A stretch of DNA of 64,000 nt from Dictyostelium discoideum. Its lineage: Eukaryota. The position numbers were made by a program, and so were the translations under genes. Positions 63,918 through 64,000 of the stretch are shown piece by piece (position 1 is the first letter of the stretch; the number at the start of each line of letters is the position of its first letter). The notes beneath the pieces were generated by a model. It saw only the letters and a program-made list of their open reading frames with translations, searched no databases and was not told the DNA's origin. The stretch is from contig CM000155.2 of NCBI GenBank assembly GCA_000004695.1, positions 1,408,001-1,472,000 on the forward strand, written 5' to 3'.

Positions 63918-64000
63918 AAATAAATTAGATATATTATATTAATATTTACTTTTTTTTTAATATTTATATTTTTTTTTATGTAAATTTTAAAATTTAAAAG
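63614..64000 (+). CDS. Rac/Rho-family small GTPase, 5' part only: the gene runs off the window. Proposed exons: 63614..63679, 63763..63874, and a third exon not reached.
   Basis: Exon 1 is MGKIINLCVLGASYTGKTCVIN with the P-loop GASYTGKT, ending at donor GTATGT 63680. Exon 2 follows acceptor ATATAG (63762) and reads TFLNSYFDEEYYPTIENKSSKIFLYDKILYNLNIYDT(G), i.e. the Rho-type effector loop (F..EYxPTI) up to the DTAG switch II start, ending at donor GTATGT 63875. Confidence 0.55.

Overview
This window is nuclear genomic DNA of a social amoeba, almost certainly Dictyostelium discoideum. The sequence is about 78% A+T, has long homopolymer runs, (AAT)n and (CAA)n microsatellites, poly-Asn/Gln/Thr coding tracts, and short A/T-rich GT..AG introns that often sit right after the ATG. 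It is a gene-dense chromosomal segment, not a prokaryotic locus. There are no CRISPR arrays, operons or defence islands.

I recognise about 19 protein-coding genes and one tRNA gene. On the + strand: the 3' part of an INO80 SNF2 ATPase, an XPC/Rad4 repair protein, a tau-tubulin-kinase-like CK1 kinase, a Rab2 GTPase, a divergent Rab-like GTPase with 7 exons, ATP synthase gamma, a poly-Asn protein with an FHAxQS membrane domain, a secreted beta-helix/PT-repeat protein, the unconventional myosin MyoM (myosin motor fused to a RhoGEF DH-PH tail), the start of a Rac-like GTPase, and tRNA-Gln(UUG). On the - strand: uroporphyrinogen decarboxylase, a HINT3-like HIT protein with 4 exons, an FBXO11-like F-box protein (beta-helix repeats plus UBR zinc finger), a MARK/PAR-1-type kinase with a KA1 domain, presenilin, a large N-rich patatin-like phospholipase, and a RING + F-box + WD40 protein.

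The ORF track breaks most multi-exon genes into pieces or misses short exons. I reconstructed splice junctions by eye. Internal exon boundaries are approximate (about +/-2 nt).

The points most worth a second look:
- Two genes whose long ORFs sit in different frames with no clean intron joining them: the patatin-like gene and the PT-repeat surface protein.
- An unusual RING + F-box + WD40 architecture.
- An 817-nt intron in the ATP synthase gamma gene carrying a (GGTTGT)n repeat.
- The tRNA-Gln gene with a downstream external B box and no retrotransposon inserted.
- A duplicated CCCCCTTAGG-containing element next to a CCAAT box.
- A roughly 500-bp coding-like island with no called ORF.
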